64,000 bases of DNA from Chiloscyllium plagiosum (Eukaryota): NCBI RefSeq assembly GCF_004010195.1, contig NC_057719.1, positions 33,154,713-33,218,712 of the forward strand, given 5' to 3'. The position numbers and the translations under genes were made by a program. Numbering within the stretch: the first letter of the stretch is position 1; each line of letters starts with the position of its first letter. Below, one piece after another: positions 13,241 to 26,538 of the stretch. Under the pieces are notes generated by a model. It was not told where the DNA came from, ran no database searches, and saw nothing but the letters and a program-made list of their open reading frames with translations.

Positions 13241-15380
13241 GTAGGTGTCATGCTAATGTGGAAAGGAATTGGTGACTATAGGCTGGAGAAAAGGGCTGGG
13301 CAATTGTGAAGGGGAACAACTGTATGAGGGATATACATTAAAGCATAAATAGGGTAATGTGAGAACACAGTTTGTCCAAGTATGTTACCCAGATTAGTTC
13401 CTTATTGGATTTGTTTAATCTCGCTGAATTTTGTGTAGGTTTGTTAAATTGTAGTCTGAACTCATTCTAACATCCTGCGCCATAATTAGTTTGTCTACTC
13501 TGAGCATGCTAGTGAAGTAGCTTTGTTGATGCTATCTCACTATCTTTGTGACAAGGTAACTGGACTATTGCATGGAGCATTTTCTCCACTAAGATTAAAG
13601 ATTCATTAGATTTTACTCATCTGCAGGAAAATCACATGATTGTCATCAGTCAGAGGTCTAGGTAACGTAACTATAGACCACATATCCAAAGCTACCTTTC
13701 TAATAGCAAATTCCCTTGATACTCTCTTCTCATTTTCTATTAGTGTGAAACTTTATTACAGCAGAAATAATCTCTGTTGAGTAACTCCTGTTAAAAATTG
13801 CAACAAAACAGTATGTCTTGAGTCAAAAACCTAGGCTAGATATTTGCATATGCTGTGTCTTTTGAGATATAAAAGTAATCCTGAATTCTTTGCAGGATTC
13901 TACGTGAACTCATTCTAACCAAATTTGGCAGTTGGCATGCCAGTGAAAGTATAAAACATTAAACCATTGATCTTAACAGTGCAATCTGCCAGTTGTTGCA
14001 TACTAAATGAAAAACAGCTTCAACCTCTGTGCTAAACTCTTTGTTAAATAAAATTCTCAGGCAGAACCTAATAGGGGCTATGGTGAGAGAGCTAGGAAAA
14101 TTAAATGAGAAATAGAGTGACTTGTTGCATTTATAATCAGAGTTCTGGGCGTTGAGATGAGATTCTCACTAGGCAGCAGCAAGGTGCCTATTAAGGAGGA
14201 TTATTGCTTGCTAACAGCCTCATTGATGATGAATCGCACCTCACTAATATATACTTTCCTACTCTACCACTCACTGTGAAGAAAGCAGATGTCAGTAATT
14301 CAGAACATGCAAGTCAGAGCGGGTACCTGACAACATCAGCTTATCACTTGCTCCTCTAATCTGCTATCTTCGACACCCGGCAACAACATTTCAGGGACCA
14401 CTCCAAGGCACCACCCACACACACCCCATACGCATGGATGTTGGCATCCAAAATCTGCCTGCCTCTCAGAATCCTCATGATAAGTCTCTAATCCACTCAC
14501 ATCCTGGTTCTCTACTTTAAAGCTTCACTTTGAGTTGCACTGGCAGCTACCATTGGAATGATAGTGCAAGGCCAGTCATTCAGCTCATGGATTGGATCAG
14601 TCTACATCTTCGGGCAGTTCATTCACTCTCTTCGCACCCATTTACCATGAGCATCTCTGTCTTGCCTGGCCTTTTAGCACTTTGCCCCTTCAGCGAGAGC
14701 TACCATACTCCGAATATATTTATGTTGGGGTTTGCTGCTTGGCTAACTCACAAATCCAGGATGCTTGTAAGTCAGTCCCTTCAATCAGGGAGTCATGAGT
14801 ATACTGAGCCAAGGGCAGCCGCTGATATCAGTCTGGAGTCTTGGGCATGTTCAGTCAGTCTTGTGGGACTGCAAGGGTCAGAAGCCTCTACTCTAAGGAA
14901 GAGGAGCTGAAAACTGGGGAGCACACAAACCATCTTGACTCTTTCTGCTCCGTTCTCCCAGAACGAAAGGGACAGACTGAATGAGATGAAAGCAAATGCC
15001 ACAACTTTTAGCGTTGGTGTAATTGGGGGAAGAGTGAGTGATGAATTGTCCTGAATGAATGAGTAGGCAGTGCAGAGTGTGTGCAGGGTTGGTGGTGCTG
15101 GCTATTGGGATGGGCAAAAGGGGATAAAGGAAAGTATTGTCCTCAATAATGAGAGTGATAGAGCTTGAGCTTTGGAGGGAAGTAAGTACAGCAGCAAACG
15201 TAGAATCAGTGCAGTTTCAGAGAGAATATGGTTGCTCTTACCCTGGTCATTGGCTTTCTTGCTACACTGCTGAATATTCCTCCAGAGAGCTTGGACTGCA
15301 CTGACACTTTTGTAAGTGCCAGATCAGGCTAGAAGGGACTGCTGTTTTGCGAGTCCTAGTATCATCCATCCACCAAGACT

Positions 15381-16222
15381 TAGAACATAGAACATAGAAC
15401 ATTACAGCGCAGTTCAGGCCCTTCGGCCCTCGATGTTGCACCGCCCTGTCATAGCTCCTCTAGCTTATCTCTCCACGCTTCAGGCTCACTGCCTTTATTC
15501 CTGATGAAGAGCTTTTGCCCGAAATGTCGATTTTGCTGCTCCTTGGATGCTGCCTGAACTGCTGTGCTCTTCCAGCGCCACTGGTCCAGAATCTGCCAGC
15601 ATCTGCAGTCATTATTTTTACCCCTATACCAATCTGAAGCCTATCCCACCTACACTATTCCATGTACGTCCATATGCCTATCCAATGACGACTTAAATGC
15701 ACTTAAACTTGGCGAATCAGGCAAGGCATTCCATACCCTTACTACTCTCTGAGTAAAGAAACTACCTCTGACATCTGTCTTACACCTATCTTCCCTCACT
15801 TTAAAGTTGTGTCCCCTCGTGTTTGCCGTCCCCATACTTGGAAAAAGGCTCTCCCTGTCCACCCTATCTAACCCTCTGATTATTTTGTATGTCTCTGTTA
15901 AGTCACTTCTCAACCTTCTTCTCTCTAACAAGAACAGACTCAAGGCCCTCAGCCTTTCCTCATAAGACCTTCCCTCCATACCAGGCAACATCCTAGTAAA
16001 TCTCCTCTGCACCCTTTCCAAAGCTTCCACATCCTTCTTATAATGCGGTGACCAGAACTGTACATAACACTCCAAGTGTGGTTGTACCAGAGCTTTGTAC
16101 AGCTGCAGCATAACCTCCTGGTTCCGGAACTCAATCCCTCTATTAATAAAGGCCAAAACATTGTATGCCTTCTTAACAACTCTGTCAATCTGGGTGGCAA
16201 CTTTCAGGGATCTGTGTACAAG
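15381..16222 (-). mobile_element. CR1 LINE 3' end with (TTCTATG)n tail
   Basis: ORF 15650-16252 VHRSLKVATQ...ERVQRRFTRMLPG...; tail tagaacatagaacatagaac at 15381-15400. Confidence 0.92.
15454..15622 (+). mobile_element. Penelope-derived short insert with hammerhead-like motif (15497-15532), inside a CR1 3'UTR
   Basis: CTGATGA 15501-15507, stem II GAGC-tttt-GCCC, GAAA 15521-15524, GTC 15526-15528; homologous to the 3' end of the Penelope element at 54300-54470. Confidence 0.75.
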
Positions 16223-16658
16223 ACTTGTATGGGAAAAGGGGACAAAATTCAAATTTTAAAAATATGAGGAAATAATCCAACAGAAGAAGAAAGTTAGAAG
16301 AATTTTTAAGACTTTTAAAAGATTGGGAATCTCATAACCTAATTGCAGTTTTGGTAAAAGGACATATTAAGCCCACAGCCATAGGGGTTTATTTAAGAGA
16401 ATGTGCAAGAGTTTTGCATTGTATGTTGTGCTGTGAATGTTGGCACAACATTTGTTTTGTCCACAAAGAAGTGGAAAACTACATCTTGGCTGCATAAGGA
16501 GGGAAACCCTTTGGAGGTGGGAAATCATTGATTTTTATTATTAAAATGGAATTGTACAGGCAGATTGTACCATACAAAATGCATCAGGGTAACAGAACAG
16601 AGTGCAGATTACAATGCTACAGCTGCATAGAAGATGAAGAGAGATCAGACTTGATGTT

Positions 16659-16685
16659 NNNNNNNNNNNNNNNNNNNNNNNNNNN
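16659..16685. other. Assembly gap (27 N)
   Basis: N run. Confidence 1.
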
Positions 16686-18967
16686 TGAAGATCAATGCCA
16701 AAGGCTCGGCAATCTCTTCCCTTGCTTCCCAGAGGATCCTAGGATAGATCCCATCCGGCCCAGGGGACTTGTCTATTTTCACACTCTGCAGTATTTCTAA
16801 TACCTCTTCCTTGTGAACCTCAATCTCTTCTAGTCTAGATGCAAGTGTCTCTGTATCTTCCTTGCCAACATTTTCATTTTCTAGAGTGAACACTGTCGAA
16901 AAATATTTATTTAGTGCTTCCCCCATCTCCTCTGACTCCACACACAACTTCCCTCTATTATCCTTGACTGGCCCTAATTTAACTCTCATCATTCTTTTAT
17001 TCCTGACATATCTATGGAAAGCCTTAGGGTTAACCCTGATCCTATCTGCCAACAACTTCTCATGTCTCCTCCTGGCTCTTCTGAGCTCTCTTTTTAGGTC
17101 TTTCCTGACTTCCTTGTAACCCTCAAGCGCCCTAACTGAGTTTTCACATTTTGTTCTAACATAAGCCTTCTTCTTTTTGACCAGGGATTCCACTTCCTTA
17201 GTAAATCACGGCTCACGCATCCTATATCTTCCTCCCTGCCTGACAGGTACATACTTATCTAGGACACACAGGAGCTTTTCCTTGAATAAGCTTCACATTT
17301 TTAATGTGCTCATCCCCTGCAGTTTCCTTCCCCATTCTATGCTTCCTAAATCTTTCCTAATTGCATCGTAATTTCCCTTCCCCCAGCTGTAACTCTTGCT
17401 CGGTGGAGTACACCTATCCCTTTCCATCACTAATGTAAACCTGACAGAATTGTGATCGCTGTCTCCAAAGTGCTCACCTACTTTCAAATCTAACACTTGG
17501 CCAGGCTCGTTACCCAGTACTAAATCTAAAGTGGCTTCGCCCCTTGTAGGCCTGTCTACATACTGTGTCAGGAAGTCCTCCTGCACACATTGGACAAAAA
17601 CTGACCCATCTATAGTACTCGTACTGTAGTGATCCCAGTCAATATTTGGATAGTTGAAGTCCCCCATGACAACTACCCTGCCTCTCTCACTCCTATCGAG
17701 AATCATCTTTACTATCATTTCCTCTACATCTCTGGGACTATTCAGAGGCCTATAGAAAACTCCCAGCATGGTGACTTCTCCTTTCCTGTTTCTAACCTCA
17801 GCCCATACCACCTCAGTTAACATCCTTTCTACAACTGTAATATTGTCCCTGATCAACCGCTCCTCTTTTACCATCTTCTCTGTTCTTACTGAAACATCTG
17901 AATCCCGGAACCTGCAACAGCCATTCCTGTCCCTGCTCTATCCATGTCTCCGTAATGGCCACAACATCGCAGTCCCAGGTACCAACCCACACTGCCAGTT
18001 CACCCACTTTATTTTGGATGCTCCTCATGTTAAAGTACACACACTTCAAACCAGGTTCTCGCTTGCCAGTGTCGGATACTTGATTTTGAAACTCCCTACT
18101 CTCATCCTCTTCTGTACCCTGTCCTACAATTTTGATTCCCACCCCGCTGCTGTATTAGTTTAAATCCACCTTAATAGCTTTAGCGGATTTCCTACCCAGG
18201 ATATTGGTACCCCTCTGGTTTAGATGAAGACCATCCTACTTGTAGTGGTCCCACCTACCCCAGAAAGAGCTCCAATTATCCAAAAACCTGAAACCCTCCC
18301 TCCTGCACCATCCCTGTAGCCACGTGTTCAACTCCTTCCTCTCCCTATTCCTCACCTCATTAGCACATGGCACGGGCAGCAAACCAGAGAAAACAACTCT
18401 GTTTATTCTAGCTCTAAGCTTCCATCCTAGCTCCCTGAATTTCTGCCTCAAGTCCCCATCTCTCCTCCGACCTATGTCGTTGGTGCCAATGTGGACCACG
18501 ACTTGGGGCTGCTCTCCCTACCCCCGAAGGATCCCAAAAACACGATCAGAGACATCACGGACCCTGGCACCCAGGAGGCAACACACCAACCGTGAGTCTC
18601 TCTTGTCCCCACAGAATGTCCTATCTGTCCTCCTAACTATCGAGTCCCCAATGACTACTGCTCTGCTCCTCTTTCCCCTTCCCTTCTGAGCAGCAGATGC
18701 CCCACTGCTTTCCCCTGGTAAGCCATCCCCCCAACAGTATCCAAAATGGTATACTTATTGTTGAGGGGAATGGCCACAGAGGATCCCTGCACTGCCTGCC
18801 GGTTCCCTTTCTGTCCCTAACTGTCACCCATCTGTCATTTTCTTTTATCTGGGGAGTGACTACCTCTCTGTAAGTCCTGTCAATAACCCCCTCTGCCTTC
18901 CGAATGATCCGAAGTTCATCCAACTCCAGCTCCAGTTTCCTAACGCGGTTTTCGAGGAACTGGAGGA
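16686..18967 (-). mobile_element. CR1 LINE 5' part: ORF1 esterase, ORF2 AP endonuclease and start of RT
   Basis: VHIGTNDIG, LKCVYFNMRSI...AITETW, GVFYRP, VMGDFN, LDLVL, GDSDH, KSPGPD. Confidence 0.92.
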
Positions 18968-19302
18968 ACCTTGTCAACAAGCAAGATGCCATTTTCCTCT
19001 TTTCTGCTATGCTTGGGGCAAATGTTAGTTACTGTGCAGGGCTGCTCTGGGCTGACAGTGCTTTCTAAGTAATAATGGCCTTTTAAAGATGGCACCAGTA
19101 CCACAAGTGGCAATCTATTTCGAGATATCCTGATATGACAAGTTTTGCTGGGTTTGGTATGTTGTACAGGTGAGCTAGTATTAGACGAGTGCATCACATG
19201 AGACAGGAGCTAATTAGTGAGGCAACTTTGGCCAAAGGACAAGAAATCAGACTTGGCCATGGAGAGAGAAACACTGACATGACAACATTCAGCCCATGAG
19301 AG

Positions 19303-19442
19303 AAAATGAGGACTGCAGATGCTGGAGATCAGAATCAAGAGTGTGGTGCTGGAAAAGCACAGTAAGTCAGGCATCCAAGGAGCAGGAGAATTGACATGTT
19401 GGGCATAAGCTCGGATGCTGCCTGGCCTGCTGTGCTTTTCCA
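19303..19442. repeat. Penelope-derived short repeat, inverted pair
   Basis: tggaaaagcacag (19350-19362) versus ctgtgcttttcca (19430-19442); partial hammerhead stem II on the minus strand. Confidence 0.7.
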
Positions 19443-19619
19443 AGATTCGGCCCATTATAAATACTCTTACAAATTGCACACTGAGTTATTTTTTCCAATG
19501 TTACACACCAAGTTCACAGAAATGCAAATTTGATCATTTCATAATCCGGAATTTGGATGTGAACCTCAAAGTGTGAAAAAATACAAATCTGCCAGTTTTC
19601 CCATTATCATTTGTCACAT

Positions 19620-20040
19620 AATCATGAGCAAAGATTTACCAGATTGACTCTTGGGATAGCAGGACTCAAATATAACGAGAGATCGGATTGGTTAAGACAA
19701 TGTTCACTCCAGTTTAGAAGAATGAGAAAAGAACCCCTTAAAATTCTAACGGGACAAACCCAGGAAGGATGTTCCCAATCGCTGGGGACTTCCAGTACCA
19801 AAACTTACTGTCCGTTTAGGATTGAAATAAAGAGCTTCACCCAGAGAATAGCCAGCATGTGGCCACCAAAAGCAATTGAGGCTAACACATTGAATGTTTT
19901 CAAGAGGTTTTTAGGGCTGAAGGGATCAAAGGATATGGGGAGTAAGCAGGAACAGGTCACTGAGTTGGATGATCAGTCTTGATCATATTAAAAATGATCC
20001 AAAGGGTTTAAATGACCTACTTCTGCTCCTATTTTCCATA
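19620..20040 (+). mobile_element. Degenerate CR1 3' end
   Basis: QRFTRL..G, FTQR motifs and CR1-type 3'UTR (cctacttctgctcctatt). Confidence 0.65.
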
Positions 20041-21387
20041 TTAAAGTGATCTAAGGCATTGTCGTTGAGTGACACTTCCACATAAAAATTATGGAAGTCA
20101 ATGCTACAATATATGCACTCAGCTTCCAGACCTGAGGTGAGTGTGCTCTTGACATCAAAGCAGCATTTGGTTAAGTGTGACATGATGGAACTCTAAAGAA
20201 TCTACAAGGGTCTCTCTTGAGTGCAGGTAAAAACATTATTTAAAACATGGGAAGACACAAGTACTTATCAGCAAAGAAATATCTGGGTGGACGTGGTTGG
20301 GGTAGCTGAGATGTGCTTCAAGAGAACATTATTACATCTTGCATACGTTAATGACTTAGGTTGAAAAATCTAAAGAAAATAGCTCAGCCCTCCTGGGGAT
20401 AACAAACTAAAGGGGGTAATGATATTGGAAAAAGCAATGCAGAATCTATAGAATGAATTAGACTAAAATCTTGCAAGTTTAATTAAGGAAACATTGCAGA
20501 AACCTAGACTTCTCAGCTCAGAAAGATACACCTGATGTATGATCTTAAAGAAGTATAGAAGATTATAAAATGAAAACGATAGCTAAAATTTGCTTCAAAT
20601 TATATTCAAAAGAGGTACATAAGGAAACAGGTTCAATTTAGCAATTTTAGGATTGCACCTCAAATTCTTATTTAACCAATTAATACATGGAATGGATTCT
20701 GAGAAAGAATATTACAATGTGGAAATGGATGGGAGATTGAAATCATTTTAGGGCTATTTTGTTACAACAATGTGGAGAGCTCTCAGTCATTCTGGATGCT
20801 TAAATAATAATAATAGTGCAAATGGTTTTCTCCAACCATAATAATCTTGGCTTGTCATGTCTGCTCACACTTAAAAGAAAATGTAGAATTATACATGTCG
20901 TTCTGCAAAAACAACATTGAGAACATATTTCAGAACCATTGCACATTTTCTCTTCTTCATCTATTTTTAAGTCTGAATTTGGAAATAATTTTATCCATTG
21001 CCAATGGATACTTCAATAACATGAGAAAAACCAATGGTGGACTGTACTTTTAGGAATATCACATTCTGCTCAAATTTTGTCTGCTTGGTTAATGGGTGCC
21101 AATGACACATGTTGCATGACATGTGCCTGATGGCACGTCATAGAAGCAGTTACCTGTTTTGGGAGTGATACAATGATGAATTGCTTGATGTGATGAATTG
21201 ATATCTTCAGTTGTGTGTCTGGAAGTACCAAGTGGTACAAAGTTTAGGTGCAGTGGTAATATGCCAGACACACTGCTGTTAATACCTTTCTGCATAGTTT
21301 CAGGAGTGGACACTTGTCTCAGATCCCATTCTGGTCAAAGTGCAGCATCCTTCAAAAGACCCTTCAGTATTTCAAGAAAGTTATAGG

Positions 21388-21969
21388 GTTATAGAGATGT
21401 ACAGTACAGAAACAGACCCTTCGGTCCAACTCGTCCATGCTGACAAGATATCCTAACCTAATCTAGTCCCATTTGCCAGCACTTGGCCCATATCCTTCAA
21501 AATCCTTCCTTTTCATATACCTATCCAGATGCCTTTTAAATGTTGTAATTGTACTACCCTCCACCACTTCCTCTGGCAGCTCATTCCATACACACACCAC
21601 TTCCTGCATGAAAATGTTGTTACTTATGCCCCTTTTAAATTTTTCCCCTCTCACCCTAAACCTATGCCCTCTAGTTCTGGATTCCCCCACCCCAGAGAAA
21701 AAATCTTGTCTATTTACCCTATCCAAGCCTCTCATGATTTTATAGACCTCCATAAACTAACCCCTCAGCCTATGATGCACCAGGGAAAACAGCACCAGCC
21801 AATACAGCCTCTCCCTATATCCTTCAACCCTGGCAACATCATTGTAAATCTTGTCTGAACCCTTTTCAAGTTTCACAACATCCTTCCGATACGTAGGAGA
21901 CCAGAAATGCAAACATATTCCAAAAGTGACCTAACCAATGTCCTGTACGACCGCAACATGACCTCCCAA
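21388..21969 (-). mobile_element. CR1 (HER1-like) 3' fragment
   Basis: EVYKIMRGLDRV...TRGHRFRVRG...WNELPEEVV. Confidence 0.85.
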
Positions 21970-23869
21970 GGTGAGCAGATTTGTGCTGCAATTATTGATT
22001 TTGAAAATCTGCACATGCATTTTCTTATTGCATCAAACTAAAACTGACTGTCCTTCTTAAGTATACTGCACTGATTAATGGGGAACCAAGACACACCCAA
22101 GATGCAAGGCTTTAAGATGAAAGGATACCTACTTTATTAAATATCTCCTAATAGGAACAACATACATGTACAGATATTCTCTAAAGGGAAGTGATGCTTT
22201 CTATCATTATCAGCAGTCATGAATAGCAGAGTTGAAACCTTGAGGACAATGGTATCTTCAGACCTAATTCTATCTTTCATGTCCTAGCACTGACCCTTCA
22301 CACCCAACCCTACCCCGACACTCCTGTTAGACACTCTATTTTGATGAGCAGCTGTATCATCAAATGCAGGATAAACTGATGGTCAGCCATCTGTTTTTCC
22401 AGATAGTCTCATTTTGAATGTTTGGCTGAGCTCCAAGATGAAGAAATGAACTTAATCATGTAAGGGTTGCTAGCAGAAGTGGGATAGGGGAGGGAGAGGA
22501 ATGGATTCTTATCTTTGTTTGATTGATAGAATTATAAGCCTATCAAAAATTCATCTTTACTTGACATGCTCTTTCAATGTGTAATTGTTTCTTCATAGAA
22601 AATTAAATTACCCAGGGTCAGTGAGAGTTTTCAGGAGTAATTATAAATAGTCATATTTCAAGCAAGTACCATCACATTTCCAAAGGTAGTTAGGGATGGG
22701 CAATAAATACTAGCCATTCCAATAATGTTTTACTCTTCAGAAAAAACAAATGAAACAAAGTACCAATCATTTTTCTTTGATCCATGCAGCTTGTTATTAA
22801 GCTACATGCCTTTTGTGAAGTACACACAAAAACCTTACAGGAGTATCATTTATAAGCAATTTCTTGCACTGTATGGTATGTTTTAAATCATTGCAGCATA
22901 GTAAAGTTATACACTTCAGAGGAAACCTTGTTCAGTTTGCTGTTAAAAATCCAGTCACACTTCATTCAACTTTCCGGATGATTTATACAACAAAGCTAAC
23001 AGAGTATCTGTGCAAGCTTTTCTCATTTCAGTTATTTTTACTTAATTGTAGTCAGTTATTGGGGGTGGGGGGGGAGGTGAAGGTGGGCTACAACAGTGTA
23101 GCTGATCGAGTAGTGGAGAATCATTGATTTCATTTGTGTCCAGATTCTAGAAATTACAATCAACGTCAGAAGAATACTTGCACACTGTGACAGTTTTGCT
23201 ATTGCAAAATCCAGGCCACTAAAATAAATAAGTGAAAAAATTGCAAACATTTTAGTCACAAATTTATGAACCTCTCTAGATTTAAATAGTTGGTTTGTTG
23301 TGCATTGCTTAAAAAAAAGACATATTTTGTCAAAGTTTTAGTTTTGTGTTCATCAGAACATTTGCATGAATACCAGTTTAAACAGGAACAATATTTTGTT
23401 CTGTATGAGAGGAGAGTGCTGTTTGATTGGCATGTAGAACTTGATTGATAGAGGCATTGCCAAGTGGAGTGAACTACTTAGATGATAAGTGACAATTAAC
23501 TTTGAAAGCTTGGTAGTTAAATGTCTGTCATCATCTGACTGGTGCATTGTCCATGGAAATAGCTCTTCCAATCAGGGTCAACTTGCCAACCTATCTGCAC
23601 TCCTTTTTTCATATAGTGTAAAATGTTGTTTCCATTACCATTGATGCTTTTTAGGTTCAGATGAGTGCAAGGTGTAAAGCTTCAACTAGCGGCCATTTTC
23701 ACCAATACTCGTAAGATTTTGAATTGTGCCTTTGGATTGAAACTTGCAAATATGAGTCTATTAAGAAAGTCAGGGAGAAACACATTAATTTGAATCACCA
23801 GAATAATATCTTGGCTGAAATTATTAACATTTGAGAATACATTAAATCAACATAATTTATATTTCTTCC

Positions 23870-24195
23870 AATTTAGAAAAGGATTGAATCGAATAGATAG
23901 AGAAAAACTATGTCCCTGGTGGGGAATCTAAACTGAATTCATGTTATCTTAAAATTAGAGCTAGGTCACTGGATACCGAAATCAGGAGGTACTGGCTTCA
24001 TTCAGATAATAGGGAAAATCTGGAACTCCACTCCTGCAAAATGCTATAGATGTTGAATCAACAGAATTTTTTAAGATTTAAGAGCATTGTGGGATTATGT
24101 AACAAATGCAGATATGTGGAATTGAGGTGCAGGTCTGATAGAATGATGAAAGAGCTCGAGGGATCCTATGGCTTATATTTTCTCCTGTATTCTTA
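23870..24195 (+). mobile_element. Highly degenerate CR1 3' end
   Basis: Recognisable CR1 3' phrases (aaaattagagctagg, ctggaactc, tatgg...tcctg). Confidence 0.5.
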
Positions 24196-25381
24196 AAAAT
24201 TATGAATTAGGCCAAAGTGGCCTGAGGGTATTTTTCAACTTCAAAGTTCTTTAATAATGCAATTTGTCTAAAGTCTGTAACTTTACACAGGTCACTAGAT
24301 GGAAAAATACAGCTGAAATTTTGAAGTGCTTTTAATAATAGCCACAGGATTATCTCCCGTGTTGTACTGGACTTTAATGTCATCCTCCATTTTGAAATCC
24401 ACAGCAAATGTGAGAAGAGCTCTCTTAAAATCAAGAGCAGATTAGCTGCAATATTTATGTCAACTGTAAATATTCATGAGGTAAAGTTTAAACAGGACTA
24501 AGAATTCTGCCCAAGTATATGAACACAAATGAATGTCATACTTTATAATACTGAGCTTACAATGACAGCACCTAAGGAGAGAAACACATTTTATTTACTT
24601 ATAGAAAACAGGTTTTCTCTATTGATTACTCAAACGTGGAAGATAATTGTGTAAAGCTAAATATAGAACAATACAGCCCCAGAAGCATTTCAACCAATGG
24701 TCTGTTAATGCCAGTAAACAGCTTAAAGTGCAATAATCCAATAAATGCAACAGTGACTTGAGAATCTGACTATTGTTAAACAGATGTTATCACTTCACAG
24801 CAAGATAGCAACCATAGTAACAGAGCAGCTTTGAACAGCATCACCAGTATCTCCATTAATCCATCACCAGGGCCAGTGATTTATGACTTGCTTGGGAAAA
24901 AACAGATGGAATTAGAGAATTCAATTCACAAGACCACGAGAAAACATCCAGAGTCCCATTAAAGAAAAGAAGAATTTGACTTAATTAGTCAGTGTGAATT
25001 GGTAGCCCTGTCCATTTAATATTCAGGAAGGATGATAAACGGTGTTAAAGTTGAACGATGCAATTAGTGGGAATTATTGACGCACCTCAAACATAGAAGA
25101 CCAAGCCCTGATCACAGTTTTCAAAATTATCAGAAGTTTCAATGGTTTGCATTTATAGATGAGACCAGAGCAAGGAGCATAGATATTGTGAACAAAACAA
25201 AAGCATATTTTTCTGCTTTACCAGAGACTTGTGAAAATGCAACATTCGTTAGAAAAATAAACAGTTGAAGTGAATAACAGTGATTCAAGGGAAGGCAGGA
25301 GTGGCACAATGAGAAGAACAGGGAAAGACAATTAGGTTGGGATGGGGCTCATATGGAGTCGAGAGCATAATTCTAGTCTAC

Positions 25382-26538
25382 CTGATAAGGTTCCCCACGG
25401 TAGGCTCATTCATAAAGTCAGGAAGTATGGGATACAGGGAGATTTGGCTATCTGGATTCAGAATTGGCTGGCTGACAGAAGGCAGACAGTGGTTGTAGAT
25501 GGAAAGTATCCTGCCTAGAGGTCAGTGTTGAGTGGGGTCTCGCAGGCCTCTGTCCTTGGGCCTCTGCTCTTTATAGTTTTTATAAATGACTTGGATGAGG
25601 AGGTTGAAGAGTGGTTTAGTAAATTTGCAGATGACACAAAGATTGGAGGTGTGGTCGATAGTATAGAGGGCTACTGCAGGCTGCAGCGCAACATAGACAG
25701 GATGCAGAGCTGGGCTGACAAATGGCAGATGGAGTTCAAACTGGATAAATGTAAAGTGATGCATTTTGGAAGATTGAACTCAAATGCTGAATATAGGATT
25801 AAGGACAGGATTCTTGGCAGTGTGGAGGAAGAGAGGGATCTGGGTGTGCAAGTACATAGATCTCTCAAAGTTGCCACCCAAGTAGATAAGGTTGTTAAGA
25901 AAGCATATGGTGTTTAGGCTTTCATTAACAGGGGGATCGAGTTTAAGAGCCGCGAGGTTTTGCTGCAGCTCTACAAGTCCCTGCTGAGACTACACTCGGA
26001 ATATTGTGTCCAGTTCGGGTCGCCCTACTTTGGGAAAGATACAGAGGCTTTGGAGAGGGTGCAAAGAAGGTTTACCAAGATGCTGCCTGGACTGGAGGGC
26101 TTGCCGTATTAAGAAAGGTTGAATAAGCTCGGACTTTTCTCTTTGGGGAGAAGGACGAAGAGAGGAGGCCTGATCGAGGTGTACAAAATAATGAGTGGAA
26201 TAGATAGAGTCAATAGCCAGAGACTTTTCCCCAGGGCAGGATTGACTGGTACAAGGAGTCATAGTTTGAAGATATTAGGAGGAAGGTATAAAGGAGACAT
26301 CAGAGGTAGGTTCTTTATGCAGAAGGTTGTGAATGCATGGTATACATTGCCAGCTGAGGTGGTGGAAGTAGGGTCATTGGGGACATTTAAGCGACTGCTG
26401 GACATGCACACGGATAGCAGTGAGTTGAGGGGATGTAGGTTAAGTTACTATATTTTACATTAGGATTAAACCTCGGCACAACATTGTGGGCCAAAGGGCC
26501 TGTTCTGTGCTATACTTTTCCATGTTCTATGTTCTATG
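25382..26538 (+). mobile_element. 5'-truncated CR1 with (TTCTATG)n tail
   Basis: [30 protein letters not shown]; tail at 26524-26538. Confidence 0.92.

Larger units (their letters stand above)
15240..19010 (-). pseudogene. Second Harbinger-type Myb/SANT exon, split by the CR1 block at 15381-18967
   Basis: N-terminal AEKRKMASC..DK at 18968-19010; continues VLVDG at 15380 and VSAVQALWRNIQQCSKKANDQ to a G|GTAAG donor near 15241. Confidence 0.5.
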
